Shown here piece by piece: positions 36,577 through 46,552 of a stretch of 64,000 nucleotides of DNA. A program made the translations under genes and the position numbers. The DNA is from Candidatus Woesebacteria bacterium UBA1430 (lineage in GTDB: Bacteria; Patescibacteriota; Microgenomatia; UBA8517), in the NCBI GenBank assembly GCA_002329465.1, contig DCTW01000004.1, forward strand, positions 66,933 to 130,932, in the 5' to 3' direction. How positions within the stretch are numbered: position 1 is the first letter of the stretch; every line of letters starts with the position of its first letter. A model generated the notes under the pieces. That model was not told the DNA's origin. It was given only the letters and a program-made list of their open reading frames with translations, and made no database searches.

Positions 36577-37406
36577 TGGATATTCGCCAGTCCCCATCCT
36601 ATGCCCGCTTCATGTCCTTAGAAGGCTGGACAGCCGATAAATCCGAAGGCACTTACTCCTACATCAAAAAGCTCCCCCTGCTCGGCCACTTCATAAAAAT
36701 CCAGCGCCCCGCCACCATCACGCCCAAGCTAATCAAAACACTCGAAGGCAAATACCACCCCTTCCAAATCCTCCTCGAGCCCTCATTAAATACCGATTAC
36801 AGTTTACTTCTTACTGATCACGGATTTCACAAAATGAAATCTCCTTACCTACCGTCAAAAACCTTAACCTTAGATCTCACCCAATCGGAAGAAAAGCTCT
36901 ATTCTAATCTCAAAAAAGACTGCCGCTATGCCCTGCGCAAAACAAAAGACTCACTGCTCACCACCCCTTCCTCACTCCCTAAAATTTATGAATTTCGTAA
37001 AGCCTGGAAACGCTCTGTCCCCTTCACTCGCTACGTCCCCTCTCGCAAAAATCTGGAAAACCTTAAAAACTCGTTTAAAAAAACCTCCCTTTTTCTAACT
37101 ACCCCAGACTTTACAGCAGGCGCCATTTTTCTAAAAGCCGGCCCTACAGCCTACTACTGGCAAGCATTCACCGATAAAGAAGCCAGAAAAACGCTCATCC
37201 AGTACCAAATTGTCTGGCAGGGAATCCTCTGGGCAAAAAAGGAAGGAGCAAAAACATTCGATTTCGAAGGCATCTATGACAATCGCTTTCCCAACAAAAG
37301 CTGGATCGGCTTCACCTATTTCAAAAAAGGTTTCGGAGGTATAGAAATTATTTATCCGCAAAGCCTCAGCAAAACTTATTTCAAAAATCTGCTTTACAAA
37401 AAATAG
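36576..37406 (+). CDS. Second FemAB-family paralogue
   Basis: DIRQSPSYARFMSLEGW, CRYALRKT, AYYWQAF...YQIVWQGILWAKKEGAKTFDFEGIYD...FKKGFGG. TAATG overlap with the upstream paralogue. Confidence 0.72.
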   Translation: MDIRQSPSYARFMSLEGWTADKSEGTYSYIKKLPLLGHFIKIQRPATITPKLIKTLEGKYHPFQILLEPSLNTDYSLLLTDHGFHKMKSPYLPSKTLTLDLTQSEEKLYSNLKKDCRYALRKTKDSLLTTPSSLPKIYEFRKAWKRSVPFTRYVPSRKNLENLKNSFKKTSLFLTTPDFTAGAIFLKAGPTAYYWQAFTDKEARKTLIQYQIVWQGILWAKKEGAKTFDFEGIYDNRFPNKSWIGFTYFKKGFGGIEIIYPQSLSKTYFKNLLYKK

Positions 37407-40314
37407 AATACTCACAATTCCGACAAATATAGTTTCCGCTACATCTAAAATCGCTCTTTTCTATCTCTCTTTTAACCTCAAAAATTCTCTTTTTTGCCTC
37501 TTCAAGCTGCGCTCTGCTCCTTTTGGTAACTATTTTTGTTTGGTCCTCAAAATAATAAAGCGATAACTTGATATCCTCAACATCCTTACCGAACGGTTCT
37601 GTATTTATACCTGTTGCGGCCAAAGCATAAATACTAAGCTGAAGATCTTTATCAGCCTCCTTCTGCGTCGGAATTTTTTCTCCTGTTTTATAATCAACAA
37701 TCTCTATCCCCCCATTACTCAATAAATCAACCCTATCCATCTTTCCGCCAATTCTTACCTTCTCCCGTCCGCTTTCCGTTTCTTCATAAAGCGGAATAGA
37801 AAAATCCTGTTCAACCAATACAGGCAAATTTGCATAATCAAACTCTTTATCATAATACTCTCTCAAAAAGACAAGCGCTTTTTCAAAAGCCTCTTTTTCA
37901 TGTCTTTTGCTTTTATATCCGGCTGTGATCCAATCATCCTCAAAAATCTCTTCAAGCAACTTTTTACTAGGCTTTCTACCCAACTTTACTAAATTATAAA
38001 AATCTTTCAATGTTTCATGAACGCTTGTACCAAGGCTCATTGAAGGTGATGGAGAAGTAGGAATCTTCAAAATATAAGAAAGCTTATAATGAAGAGGGCA
38101 AATTTCAAACGTCCTTATCTGGGAATACGAAAGATAGTAAACCACGTGCCTTACCTGGGAACCAGACAAACCGGCCTTTTTTTCTCCTGAATAATCAAGA
38201 AAGGATAGCTGTTTTACGCTTTTCTGCTCCAAAAAAGAAATGTCCTCACCCAAAGCTTCAAATAAAAAAGGCGACAAACGCCTTTGCCTTTTACCCTCAG
38301 AATAATAGTCGGCTGCGCTAAAAAACAAATACTTCTGAGCTCTTGTCATACCCACATAAAAAAGTCTTCTTTCCTCCTGAAGATGATAATCACCCGAAGG
38401 CAGAGTCTCCTTTATAAGGTCATCGGGAATCGGTATAGGCTCGCGCCTCTCAACCGAAGGAAATCTCTGCTCAACAAGGTTTACCAAAAAAACAACAGGA
38501 AACTCAAGCCCCTTACTCGAATGTACAGTCAATATGTTTACAGCATTATTCTCACCCCAATCTTCTGTCGAAGCCAAAGGAGACTCACCAAGCTCCATGG
38601 ACAAATCTACCCAGTCAACAACGCTGTAAACATCGGCTTTTTCATAATCTGTTTCAAAAGATTTTAATTTATCAAAAAACTTAGATATATTCTTAGCTTC
38701 GCTTTCCGCTTTTTCGCTGGAGGGATCAACCAAATTTTTAATAATACCCGTGTCTTCCAAAAAATAATACAATATCTGTCCCGCAGTCTCTTTTTTTATT
38801 AAACCCAAATGACGCTTAATAATTTTAACCAAATCTAAAACCTTTTTTTTGGATTTTTCGCTTATATTATTTATCTCCCCAACGCGCTCTGCAGCCTCAT
38901 ACAAAGACATATTATTTTTCTTTGCATAACTACCAATAAACGAAACATCTCTAGAATCAAGCTTCAAATAATCCAAAGAAAGAACCCTGTAAAAAGAAAC
39001 TGAATCAGTAGGATCATAAAGCACCTTTAGATACGAAATAAAATCTACCACCTCGGGCTGTCTAAAAAGCCGCCCCGGCCCCAAAAACTGATAGGGCACC
39101 CCCGCCCTTGAAAAGGCACGAACAAAAGCCTCAGCCTGATTATTTGCTCGAACAAGCACTGCAAAATCTCTAAACTCAAAATTTTCCAAATCCACAAGTT
39201 CTAAAACCTTTTTAGCCACAAGCTCAGCCTCTTCTTCACCCCTTTGCGCATGTATAAAAAATACTCCACCGGAATCACTTTCTAAATCACAGGAAAGCTT
39301 TTTCTCAATCCCTTCAATCGCCTCGAGCCTATCCGGATTGTTATTCTGAATCAATTTATACGATGCATCCAAAATTTTCTGTATTGACCTGTAATTTTTA
39401 GTCAAAACAACAACCTTAGCCTTAGGAAAAGTTCTGCGAAACTGAAAAATATTACTAACGGCAGCACCCCTAAATCTATATATGCTTTGGTCATCGTCTC
39501 CACAAACAGTAATATTGGCTCGATTACCAGAAAGCAAAATTGCAAGCTCATTTTGAGCAAAATTAGTATCCTGAAACTCATCAACAAGTATATATTTAAA
39601 CTGCTCCCTGTACCTCGAAAGTATATTTGGCCGCTTTCTAAAAAGATCAAGGGTCTTTACTATCAAATCGCCAAAATCCATTAAACCCTCACGAATTTTT
39701 ATCTTGTCGAATTTTTTATAAGCCTGCGCAAGTTCGCTCCATTTCTCAATCTCCAGCTTTTCTTCCTTATCCGGTTTGGAATTTAACGTTTTTATTTTAG
39801 AATTTACCCAGGCAATATATTCACCCGGGGCTATATCCTCGTCCTGAAGTCTGGAAAAATGCTTCAAAATAGCGTCCAAAAATTTGTTTGGATTCCCAAG
39901 TGGTCTAAAATAAGACAAACCAAGCTCAAAAATATTCTCTCTCAAAAGCCCGACAGACTCTGCTCCTGTTAATAATCTATATCTTGGATTAAGCCCAACC
40001 TCCAAAGCTTCTGCCCTCAAAACTTTGTCGCAAAAAGAATGAAAAGTAGATATCCACATCTGCGTATATCCGTATGGCATCTCCTGATCAACGCGCTCAA
40101 CCATCTCAAAAGACGCCTTCTCGGTAAAACTCAAAGCAAGTATCTCATTAGGCCTCGCCAACCCGGAAGAAATAAGATATTTAATTCTTTCTGTTATCAC
40201 GGTTGTCTTACCCGTACCCGCCCCCGCAATAATAAGAAGCGGCCCTTTTTTATGTTCAACCGCGTCAATTTGCTGCCTATTAAGAGTCCTGCTCGTCAAG
40301 AAGTTTTTCCCCAC
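37381..40314 (-). CDS. UvrD-type helicase fused to a C-terminal PD-(D/E)XK (RecB/Cas4-like, 4-Cys) nuclease; AddA-like single-chain helicase-nuclease
   Basis: AGAGTGKTTVITER, VDEFQDTN, GDDDQSIYRFRGA, NYRS, VHSSKGLEFPVVFL, RRLFYVGMTRAQ. Nuclease part: ICPLHY...GKMDRVD...IEIVDYKTG...QLSIYALA...CRNCEYSIFC (C-x2-C-x5-C). Confidence 0.88.
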   Translation of the reverse strand: MGKNFLTSRTLNRQQIDAVEHKKGPLLIIAGAGTGKTTVITERIKYLISSGLARPNEILALSFTEKASFEMVERVDQEMPYGYTQMWISTFHSFCDKVLRAEALEVGLNPRYRLLTGAESVGLLRENIFELGLSYFRPLGNPNKFLDAILKHFSRLQDEDIAPGEYIAWVNSKIKTLNSKPDKEEKLEIEKWSELAQAYKKFDKIKIREGLMDFGDLIVKTLDLFRKRPNILSRYREQFKYILVDEFQDTNFAQNELAILLSGNRANITVCGDDDQSIYRFRGAAVSNIFQFRRTFPKAKVVVLTKNYRSIQKILDASYKLIQNNNPDRLEAIEGIEKKLSCDLESDSGGVFFIHAQRGEEEAELVAKKVLELVDLENFEFRDFAVLVRANNQAEAFVRAFSRAGVPYQFLGPGRLFRQPEVVDFISYLKVLYDPTDSVSFYRVLSLDYLKLDSRDVSFIGSYAKKNNMSLYEAAERVGEINNISEKSKKKVLDLVKIIKRHLGLIKKETAGQILYYFLEDTGIIKNLVDPSSEKAESEAKNISKFFDKLKSFETDYEKADVYSVVDWVDLSMELGESPLASTEDWGENNAVNILTVHSSKGLEFPVVFLVNLVEQRFPSVERREPIPIPDDLIKETLPSGDYHLQEERRLFYVGMTRAQKYLFFSAADYYSEGKRQRRLSPFLFEALGEDISFLEQKSVKQLSFLDYSGEKKAGLSGSQVRHVVYYLSYSQIRTFEICPLHYKLSYILKIPTSPSPSMSLGTSVHETLKDFYNLVKLGRKPSKKLLEEIFEDDWITAGYKSKRHEKEAFEKALVFLREYYDKEFDYANLPVLVEQDFSIPLYEETESGREKVRIGGKMDRVDLLSNGGIEIVDYKTGEKIPTQKEADKDLQLSIYALAATGINTEPFGKDVEDIKLSLYYFEDQTKIVTKRSRAQLEEAKKRIFEVKREIEKSDFRCSGNYICRNCEYSIFCKADF

Positions 40315-41275
40315 CTTCCTTCAAATTATTAGTAGCGTCTATTTTTCTCCCCAAATGACTAAAATAAGTCAAAACATTACCCATCATATTATAAGAATTA
40401 TTTATATGCCTCTGAAGAGTAGCCAAACTTTCTTCCACTCTTGAATAATCCTTTCTTATTGCCCTAAGCATCCCAAACACCTCACGAGCTTGTGTTTCAA
40501 TTTTCTTTCCTTCAAACGACAAAAGAATAGTTTGAAGATGTGAATATAAAGTAGTAGGGGAGACCGGATAAACCCTCGCCCTTTGTGCAATCTCTAAAAG
40601 CTCCTGCTCTCTCACAAGCTCATAATAAACCGCTTCACTAGGCACATACATAAGCGCAAAATCCATGGTTCCTTCATCGGGCAATATATACTTCCGACTA
40701 ATATCTTTTATGTGCTTTTTAATATCTCTTATAAAAGCTTTTCGATGTAAATTTACATCTTCTCCCTCGGCTTTAGACATTTTCTGAAAATTTTCCATTG
40801 GAAATTTAGAATCAATAGGAAGTATACCGGCACCAGTTTTTATAGCAGCGTCAACCTTTTCACCGGATTTAAAAGTGTACTGAAGAAAAAAACTGCTCTT
40901 CGGAAACATCTGGGCAATCAAATCCTTCAAAACTTGCTCTCCAATATTTCCTCTAAGCTTCGGGCTCTGAAGAAATTCTTGAAGCTCCTTCATTCCTCTT
41001 CCGATTTCACTAAACTCACCAATATTTCTCTGAACTTGTCCTATCACCTTCGCAGCATTATCAAGCCTCTCATTAAGAGATTGAGTATTTTTCTGTAAAG
41101 ACTCAAGTAGTGTCTTTCTATCCTCCTTAGAACCCTCCTGAAGAAGCTTTACTATTTCCATCAATTCGTTAGAAGGCTTTTGTTTTTCAGAAATATCGTT
41201 AAGTTTCTTGTTTACCCACAATCCCAAAATCAAAATCCCGCCCAAAATTAATATCAGAATTATAATCGGATCCAT
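40280..41275 (-). CDS. rmuC: DNA recombination protein RmuC
   Basis: N-terminal TM, long coiled coil, then the nuclease-like core (LPIDSKFP, FALMYVPSEAVYYE, YPVSPTTLYSHLQTI). The 3' end overlaps the helicase-nuclease start by 35 nt. Confidence 0.85.
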   Translation of the reverse strand: MDPIIILILILGGILILGLWVNKKLNDISEKQKPSNELMEIVKLLQEGSKEDRKTLLESLQKNTQSLNERLDNAAKVIGQVQRNIGEFSEIGRGMKELQEFLQSPKLRGNIGEQVLKDLIAQMFPKSSFFLQYTFKSGEKVDAAIKTGAGILPIDSKFPMENFQKMSKAEGEDVNLHRKAFIRDIKKHIKDISRKYILPDEGTMDFALMYVPSEAVYYELVREQELLEIAQRARVYPVSPTTLYSHLQTILLSFEGKKIETQAREVFGMLRAIRKDYSRVEESLATLQRHINNSYNMMGNVLTYFSHLGRKIDATNNLKEGGEKLLDEQDS

Positions 41276-41319
41276 GTTTCAACAAGCATTTTAGCACCCT
41301 CTTAGGTTAAAATAAAATA

Positions 41320-41640
41320 ATGAAATCAAAAAAAAGCCACTCAAGCGGTTTAATACTTTCTTTAATAATTATAATTCTCTGGACACTGCTCTCGGTTATT
41401 ATAGTCTTTACAAGCCCCAAAGATTTTGCCGCCATACCAATATTTTTTTCAGTTCTTTTTCTCGCTCTTTTCTTTACTCTTTCAGTAATATTCACAAACT
41501 CCAAAAAAGGTTTTTTATTCAGCTTATCCATAGTTTTTGCACTCATCCTTAGATATTTTGGCATAGGCAACCTTCTCAATATTCTCCTGCTTTTTGGATC
41601 AACCATAGCTTTCAACCTTTATATTTCAAAACACAATTGA
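41320..41640 (+). CDS. Small polytopic membrane protein (about 4 TM), unknown function
   Basis: Four regular hydrophobic helices. The mirror ORF on the minus strand looks like an antisense artefact. Confidence 0.5.
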   Translation: MKSKKSHSSGLILSLIIIILWTLLSVIIVFTSPKDFAAIPIFFSVLFLALFFTLSVIFTNSKKGFLFSLSIVFALILRYFGIGNLLNILLLFGSTIAFNLYISKHN

Positions 41641-41676
41641 CACACTCTGTTATACTTCAATTAAAGAAACAAACAA

Positions 41677-42030
41677 ATGAAAATCTCTCAAAAAAGAATA
41701 AACATCTCTTTAAAAAAAGAAATCGAAAAAGCTTTTGTTCAAAGTATTGCCGATATAAAAACGATTAATGAATCAAAAGTCTTTCTCGCGGATTTTCTAA
41801 CAAAATCAGAATTTGAAACTTTCTCCAAAAGATTGGCAGTAGCTTATTGGCTAAAAAAGGGTAGAAGCTACGAAAATATAAAACAAAACCTTAAAGTATC
41901 AAGCGCGACCATAGCCTCTGTTCAAGAAAATTTAGAAAAAAAGGGGTTTCAAATAGTACTAAAAAAGCTCGAGGCAGAAGAGTGGGCAAATCAATGGTCT
42001 GTAAAAATTAAAAAATTTGTTAGAAGATAA
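41677..42030 (+). CDS. TrpR-like YerC/YecD family DNA-binding protein
   Basis: FLTKSEFETFSKRLAVAYWLKKGRSYENIKQNLKVSSATIASV matches the YerC/YecD HTH pattern. Confidence 0.65.
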   Translation: MKISQKRINISLKKEIEKAFVQSIADIKTINESKVFLADFLTKSEFETFSKRLAVAYWLKKGRSYENIKQNLKVSSATIASVQENLEKKGFQIVLKKLEAEEWANQWSVKIKKFVRR

Positions 42031-42046
42031 ACCTTCTTGATACAAT
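42017..42046 (+). promoter_or_regulatory. Candidate metG promoter (TTGTTA-18 nt-TACAAT), with the ATG 8 nt after the -10
   Basis: Hexamers at 42017..42022 and 42041..42046; ATG at 42055; no SD. Lies inside the 3' end of the upstream gene. Confidence 0.35.
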
Positions 42047-42054
42047 ATTCCCAC

Positions 42055-43464
42055 ATGCGCTACTACATAACAACCACGCTTCCTTACGTCAACGCAGATC
42101 CGCATATCGGTTTCGCAATGGAGATAGTTGAAGCAGATTGCTTAGCTCGCTTTCACCGGTCTCTCGGGTATAGGGTAATATTCAATTTCGGAACCGACGA
42201 ACATGGCCAAAAAATATATCAAAAAGCGCTTGAGAAAAACCAAAACCCTAAAGCATATGTCGATGAATACGCCAAAAAATTCAACAATCTCAAAAAAGCT
42301 CTAAACTTAAGTTACGACAAATTCATAAGAACAACAGATCAAAACCACATAAAAGCTGCACAAAAATTTTGGGAATTATGTGACCAAAAAGGACTCATCG
42401 ATAAAAAAACATATGAAACTAAATATTGCGTCGGATGCGAAATGGAAATAACCGATTCGGAGCTTGTAAACGGGCGCTGCCCGTTACACCCGGACAAAAA
42501 AATAGAGTTAAGGCAGGAAGAAAACTATTTTTTTAAATTTTCCAAGTTTCAAAAACCCCTTCTGGAATTTTATAAAAAAAATCCAGACTTTGTTTTACCA
42601 AAAGAAAAATACAACGAAGTCATAAAATTTGTAGAATCGGGTATCAAAGACTTCAGCATATCTCGCCTAAAATCCAAAATGCCATGGGGGATTGAGGTGC
42701 CAAACGACCCAGACCATGTCATGTACGTTTGGTTTGACGCACTAATAAACTATATTTCAACCCTCGGCTGGCCGGACAAAAAAATTTCCGATTGGTGGCC
42801 TGGAATACAAATAGCAGGCAAAGACAATCTTCGCCAACAATCTGCAATATGGCAGGCAATGCTTATGGCGGCAGACATACCGAATACAAAACAAATATTT
42901 ATCCACAGCTTCGTCACACAAAATGGGCAAAAAATCAGTAAAAGCCAAGGTATCTTTGTCAATCCATATGATCTAATCAAAAAATACGGAACCGATGCGT
43001 TAAGGTATTATCTGCTTGCCAAACTCAACCCTTACCTCGATAGCGACTTTACAGTAAAAAAATTTGAAAACACCTATCAAGCAGATCTTGCAAACGGGCT
43101 CGGGAACCTCGTATCCAGGGTCTTTAAACTCGCAGATCAAAACAAAATCAAATTCAAAAAAAACAAAACTAAAAACCCGATTATAGACGAACTGAAAAAC
43201 CATCTTGAAATCTACAGATTTGATCTTGCAACCAAATCTATATGGGCTTTAATTAAAAAAACTGATAAATATCTTAACGAAAACAAGCCGTGGGAAAAAA
43301 AATCCAAAAACAAAAAATTTGTCATCTCAAACTCACTTACAAATATCTACTTCATCTCAGAAGCACTTAGTGCATTTCTACCCGAAACATCAGAAAAAAT
43401 TATATCGAGACTAATATCCGAAGAAAAACTGTCTGGCATGGTCTTATTTCCTAGGTTAAAATAA
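42055..43464 (+). CDS. metG: Methionine--tRNA ligase (short, MetG1-type without C-terminal tRNA-binding domain)
   Basis: YYITTTLPYVNADPHIGF (HIGH), the CVGC...CPLH zinc knuckle, KISKSQG (KMSKS). Start taken at ATG 42055 (the track start 42037 is TTG). Confidence 0.93.
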   Translation: MRYYITTTLPYVNADPHIGFAMEIVEADCLARFHRSLGYRVIFNFGTDEHGQKIYQKALEKNQNPKAYVDEYAKKFNNLKKALNLSYDKFIRTTDQNHIKAAQKFWELCDQKGLIDKKTYETKYCVGCEMEITDSELVNGRCPLHPDKKIELRQEENYFFKFSKFQKPLLEFYKKNPDFVLPKEKYNEVIKFVESGIKDFSISRLKSKMPWGIEVPNDPDHVMYVWFDALINYISTLGWPDKKISDWWPGIQIAGKDNLRQQSAIWQAMLMAADIPNTKQIFIHSFVTQNGQKISKSQGIFVNPYDLIKKYGTDALRYYLLAKLNPYLDSDFTVKKFENTYQADLANGLGNLVSRVFKLADQNKIKFKKNKTKNPIIDELKNHLEIYRFDLATKSIWALIKKTDKYLNENKPWEKKSKNKKFVISNSLTNIYFISEALSAFLPETSEKIISRLISEEKLSGMVLFPRLK

Positions 43465-43476
43465 ATCTATTCCAAT

Positions 43477-44958
43477 ATGCTCAGAAAATTTTTAATCAAA
43501 CACAAATCTAAATCCCTTAGATTCTTTGAAATTTTGCCCGGGTTCGTTTCTTGGAATCTAATACTTTTTCCATATTGGGGGATATTTATAATTCCGGAAA
43601 TAGTCGCCTATTTTATTCTACTTTTTAATGTCTATTGGTTCTATCAAGCTTTCGGAATTGCAATAACGGCGACGATATCTCACTTCAGAATTGAAGCAAC
43701 AAAACACTACAATTGGATATCAGATATTAAAAACTTTCCCGATTACAAAAAAGTTCACCACATAGTCATTATCCCAACATACAAAGAACCAATTCACATT
43801 CTCGACCGAACAATAAACTCACTAGCCAATCAAGAAATCTCCAAAAAACAAATCTCCGTAGTTCTGGCCATGGAATTTAAAGAAGATTCTAAAGAAAGAG
43901 AGAGAAAAGTGAATTTTCTGCAAAAAAAATTTGGAAATATTTTTGCAAATTTTTTAGTAACCGTTCACAAGCTAGCTCCGGGTGAAGCAGTCGGAAAAGC
44001 ATCAAACGAATGCTACGCTGCTATAACCGCCAAAAAAAGAATAAAAATCGACATGAACTATACAACAGCTACAAGTTGTGACGCCGATCATGTATTTCAT
44101 CCTAAACATTTTTCTGTCCTAACCTACAAATTTCTTGACGACCCAAATCGCTACAAAAAATTTTGGCAACCGGCAGTCCTTCTTTACAATAATATATGGC
44201 GTTTGCCTGCAATAACGCGCGTGCCAAATATTCTAGCCTCCATCTTTATACTCTCAATGCTTCCAAGAAAAGACAGATTAATAAACCAACAAAACTACTC
44301 ACTCTCTTTCAAACTATTAGACAAAACAGGCTACTGGGACCCGGATAGAATTCCGGAAGACTGGGGCATTTTCTTCAAAGCGTTTTTCAAAAACAAAGGA
44401 AAAATCGAAGTAGAACCTCTTTACCTGCCCCTCTATGCAGACGCCATGGAATCTACCACAACCATCAAAACTCTCAAAGGCCAATACACCCAAGTAAAAC
44501 GCTGGGCATGGGGCGTATCCGACTCTTCTTGGGTTCTCTATAACTTTTTTGTCACTCCGGGCATGTCTTTCTGGGATAAAATCACCCGCGTTTCCACTTT
44601 CGTCCATGGACACTTTCTTTGGCCTGTACACTGGTTTATAATTACAATCGGCCTTACTCTTCCCGCCATAATCAACCCGGCATTCGGCAGGACCACTCTT
44701 GGTTATATGACTCCAAAAATATCCTCGGCTATTCTTACCATTGCTCTTGCATTTCTAGTCATCCTTCTTATTCTAGACTACCTCTACAAACCCAAACGAC
44801 CCAAAAATTTTCCTTTCTGGCGCGCCATTCTAGTTCCATTCGAATTCATTCTTATGCCAATTGCAACGTTTTTCTTTACCACCCTCCCGGGTTTAGACGC
44901 CCACACCAGATTAATGCTGGGAAAATATATCGAATATAAAGTAACAGAAAAAGTTTAA
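43477..44958 (+). CDS. Membrane-embedded processive family-2 glycosyltransferase (cellulose/chitin/PNAG-synthase-like)
   Basis: IIPTYKEP, TSCDADHVF (DxD), QVKRWAWG (QxxRW). TM helices on both sides of the catalytic domain. Confidence 0.8.
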   Translation: MLRKFLIKHKSKSLRFFEILPGFVSWNLILFPYWGIFIIPEIVAYFILLFNVYWFYQAFGIAITATISHFRIEATKHYNWISDIKNFPDYKKVHHIVIIPTYKEPIHILDRTINSLANQEISKKQISVVLAMEFKEDSKERERKVNFLQKKFGNIFANFLVTVHKLAPGEAVGKASNECYAAITAKKRIKIDMNYTTATSCDADHVFHPKHFSVLTYKFLDDPNRYKKFWQPAVLLYNNIWRLPAITRVPNILASIFILSMLPRKDRLINQQNYSLSFKLLDKTGYWDPDRIPEDWGIFFKAFFKNKGKIEVEPLYLPLYADAMESTTTIKTLKGQYTQVKRWAWGVSDSSWVLYNFFVTPGMSFWDKITRVSTFVHGHFLWPVHWFIITIGLTLPAIINPAFGRTTLGYMTPKISSAILTIALAFLVILLILDYLYKPKRPKNFPFWRAILVPFEFILMPIATFFFTTLPGLDAHTRLMLGKYIEYKVTEKV

Positions 44959-45001
44959 GTTGAAGACAGCAAAACAACTGGATATACTGAAATAAAGACA
45001 A

Positions 45002-46498
45002 ATGGTTAAAAAGGGGATAAAAAATTTTTTGATTTTTTGCCACATTCCTAATTGGTTATTCTTTGTCCTGATAGCCACACTTCTATTGCGCATTCCAAGC
45101 TTTTTCGAGCCTTACTACTACGGAGATGAGATGATCTATTTAACCCTTGGTCAAGGAATTAAAAACGGCCTCACTCTCTACAAAGACATCCACGACAACA
45201 AACCCCCCCTGCTTTATTACACGGCAGCTATTGCCGGAAGCGTATTCTGGTTTCGAGCAATTTTAACCATATGGATGTTAATAACTACAACCATTTTCTG
45301 GAAACTGGTTGTTAAATTATTTCCCAAAAACACACTGCTCCAAATTACATCCGTTATCTCCTTTGCCATATTAACTACAATACCGCTACTCGAAGGTCAA
45401 ATATCAAACGCTGAGCTTTTCATGATAGGCCCAACAATCCTTGCTTTTTATCTCCTACTAGATAAAAAACTTACTACAACAAAGCTTTTTCTATCGGGAG
45501 TTCTTTTTTCAATTTCAACGCTTTATAAAGTACCAGGGGCTTTCGACTTAGGAGCAATAATCTTCTTTTGGATCATTTACAAAAAGCTAAACCTTAAAAA
45601 ATCAATTCTTATCTTACTCGGCTTTCTCACCCCAATTATTTTAACAACAATTTGGTTCGCCTCCAAAAACTCCTTAAACGAATATATTAAAGCGGCTTTT
45701 CTCCAAAACATAGGCTATCTTTCCTCCTGGCGCCCATCTGATGTAGAAAGACCTTTTCTCCTAAGAAATTTGCCCCTTATCATAAGATCTGCTTTACTGA
45801 TATTAGGAATTTGTATTCTCTACATCAAAAAAACAAAAATCTCCAAAGAATTTGTCCTTACCGCTCTCTGGCTTCTTTTTAGCCTTTTTGCGGTCACACT
45901 TTCGGAAAGGCCATACCCGCACTATCTCATCCAATCGGTAGCCCCGGTATCAATCTTTGTCGGTATGCTTGTAGCACGAAAAAACAAAGAACAAGTCCTA
46001 TCAATTATCCCGCTTACACTAGCAATATTTGTGCCTGTATATTACGGATTCTGGCTTTATCCTTCGTTCCCTTATTATCAAAGGTTCATAAAATTCGCAA
46101 CCAAAAGCATCACCAAAGAAGAATATTTCAATCTTTTTGACCAAAATACCCAAAAAAACTACAAAATTGCAGAATATGTGCTCACATCCACAAACAAAAA
46201 CGACAAAATATTCGTCTGGGGTGACACATCAGTAATATATGCCCTAACCAAAAGACTTCCTCCAATCAAATATACGACCGATTATCATATAAAAGATTTT
46301 TATTCAATCAACGCTGCTATAGCCGAAATCAAAAAAACAAACCCTAAAATTATCATAATCATGACAGAAAACAGCGAAATATTAACATCGGAGTTTAAAC
46401 AGTTTCTTGATATAAATTATATTAAAGTTATACAAATCGAAAAAGCAATAATCTATAAATCCCTAAGCCCCATAGTTAAAAAAGCTCTCTTTTATTAA
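45002..46498 (+). CDS. GT-C fold glycosyltransferase, ArnT/GT39-like
   Basis: YYGDEMIYLTLGQGIKNG...IHDNKPPLLYY first-loop motif, about 11 TMs and a soluble C-terminal domain. Confidence 0.75.
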   Translation: MVKKGIKNFLIFCHIPNWLFFVLIATLLLRIPSFFEPYYYGDEMIYLTLGQGIKNGLTLYKDIHDNKPPLLYYTAAIAGSVFWFRAILTIWMLITTTIFWKLVVKLFPKNTLLQITSVISFAILTTIPLLEGQISNAELFMIGPTILAFYLLLDKKLTTTKLFLSGVLFSISTLYKVPGAFDLGAIIFFWIIYKKLNLKKSILILLGFLTPIILTTIWFASKNSLNEYIKAAFLQNIGYLSSWRPSDVERPFLLRNLPLIIRSALLILGICILYIKKTKISKEFVLTALWLLFSLFAVTLSERPYPHYLIQSVAPVSIFVGMLVARKNKEQVLSIIPLTLAIFVPVYYGFWLYPSFPYYQRFIKFATKSITKEEYFNLFDQNTQKNYKIAEYVLTSTNKNDKIFVWGDTSVIYALTKRLPPIKYTTDYHIKDFYSINAAIAEIKKTNPKIIIIMTENSEILTSEFKQFLDINYIKVIQIEKAIIYKSLSPIVKKALFY

Positions 46499-46552
46499 TC
46501 CATAATAATTGCCACAATTAAAACCAATACGCTAAAATAGGTAAACCTGTTT

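Noticed and set aside
35946-36597. Three extra ORFs (35946..36194+, 35977..36192-, 36253..36597-) overlapping the fem genes
   Set aside because: They are stop-codon-poor alternative frames caused by the locally elevated G+C. I used them only as evidence of the compositional anomaly.
41307-41615. 102-aa minus-strand ORF that almost exactly mirrors the 106-aa plus-strand ORF 41320..41640
   Set aside because: It starts with TTG, and its Lys/Arg/Ile-rich composition is what the antisense of Phe/Leu/Ile-rich membrane-protein codons produces. The plus-strand product has four regular TM helices. I kept the plus ORF, but a genuine antisense gene pair cannot be formally excluded.
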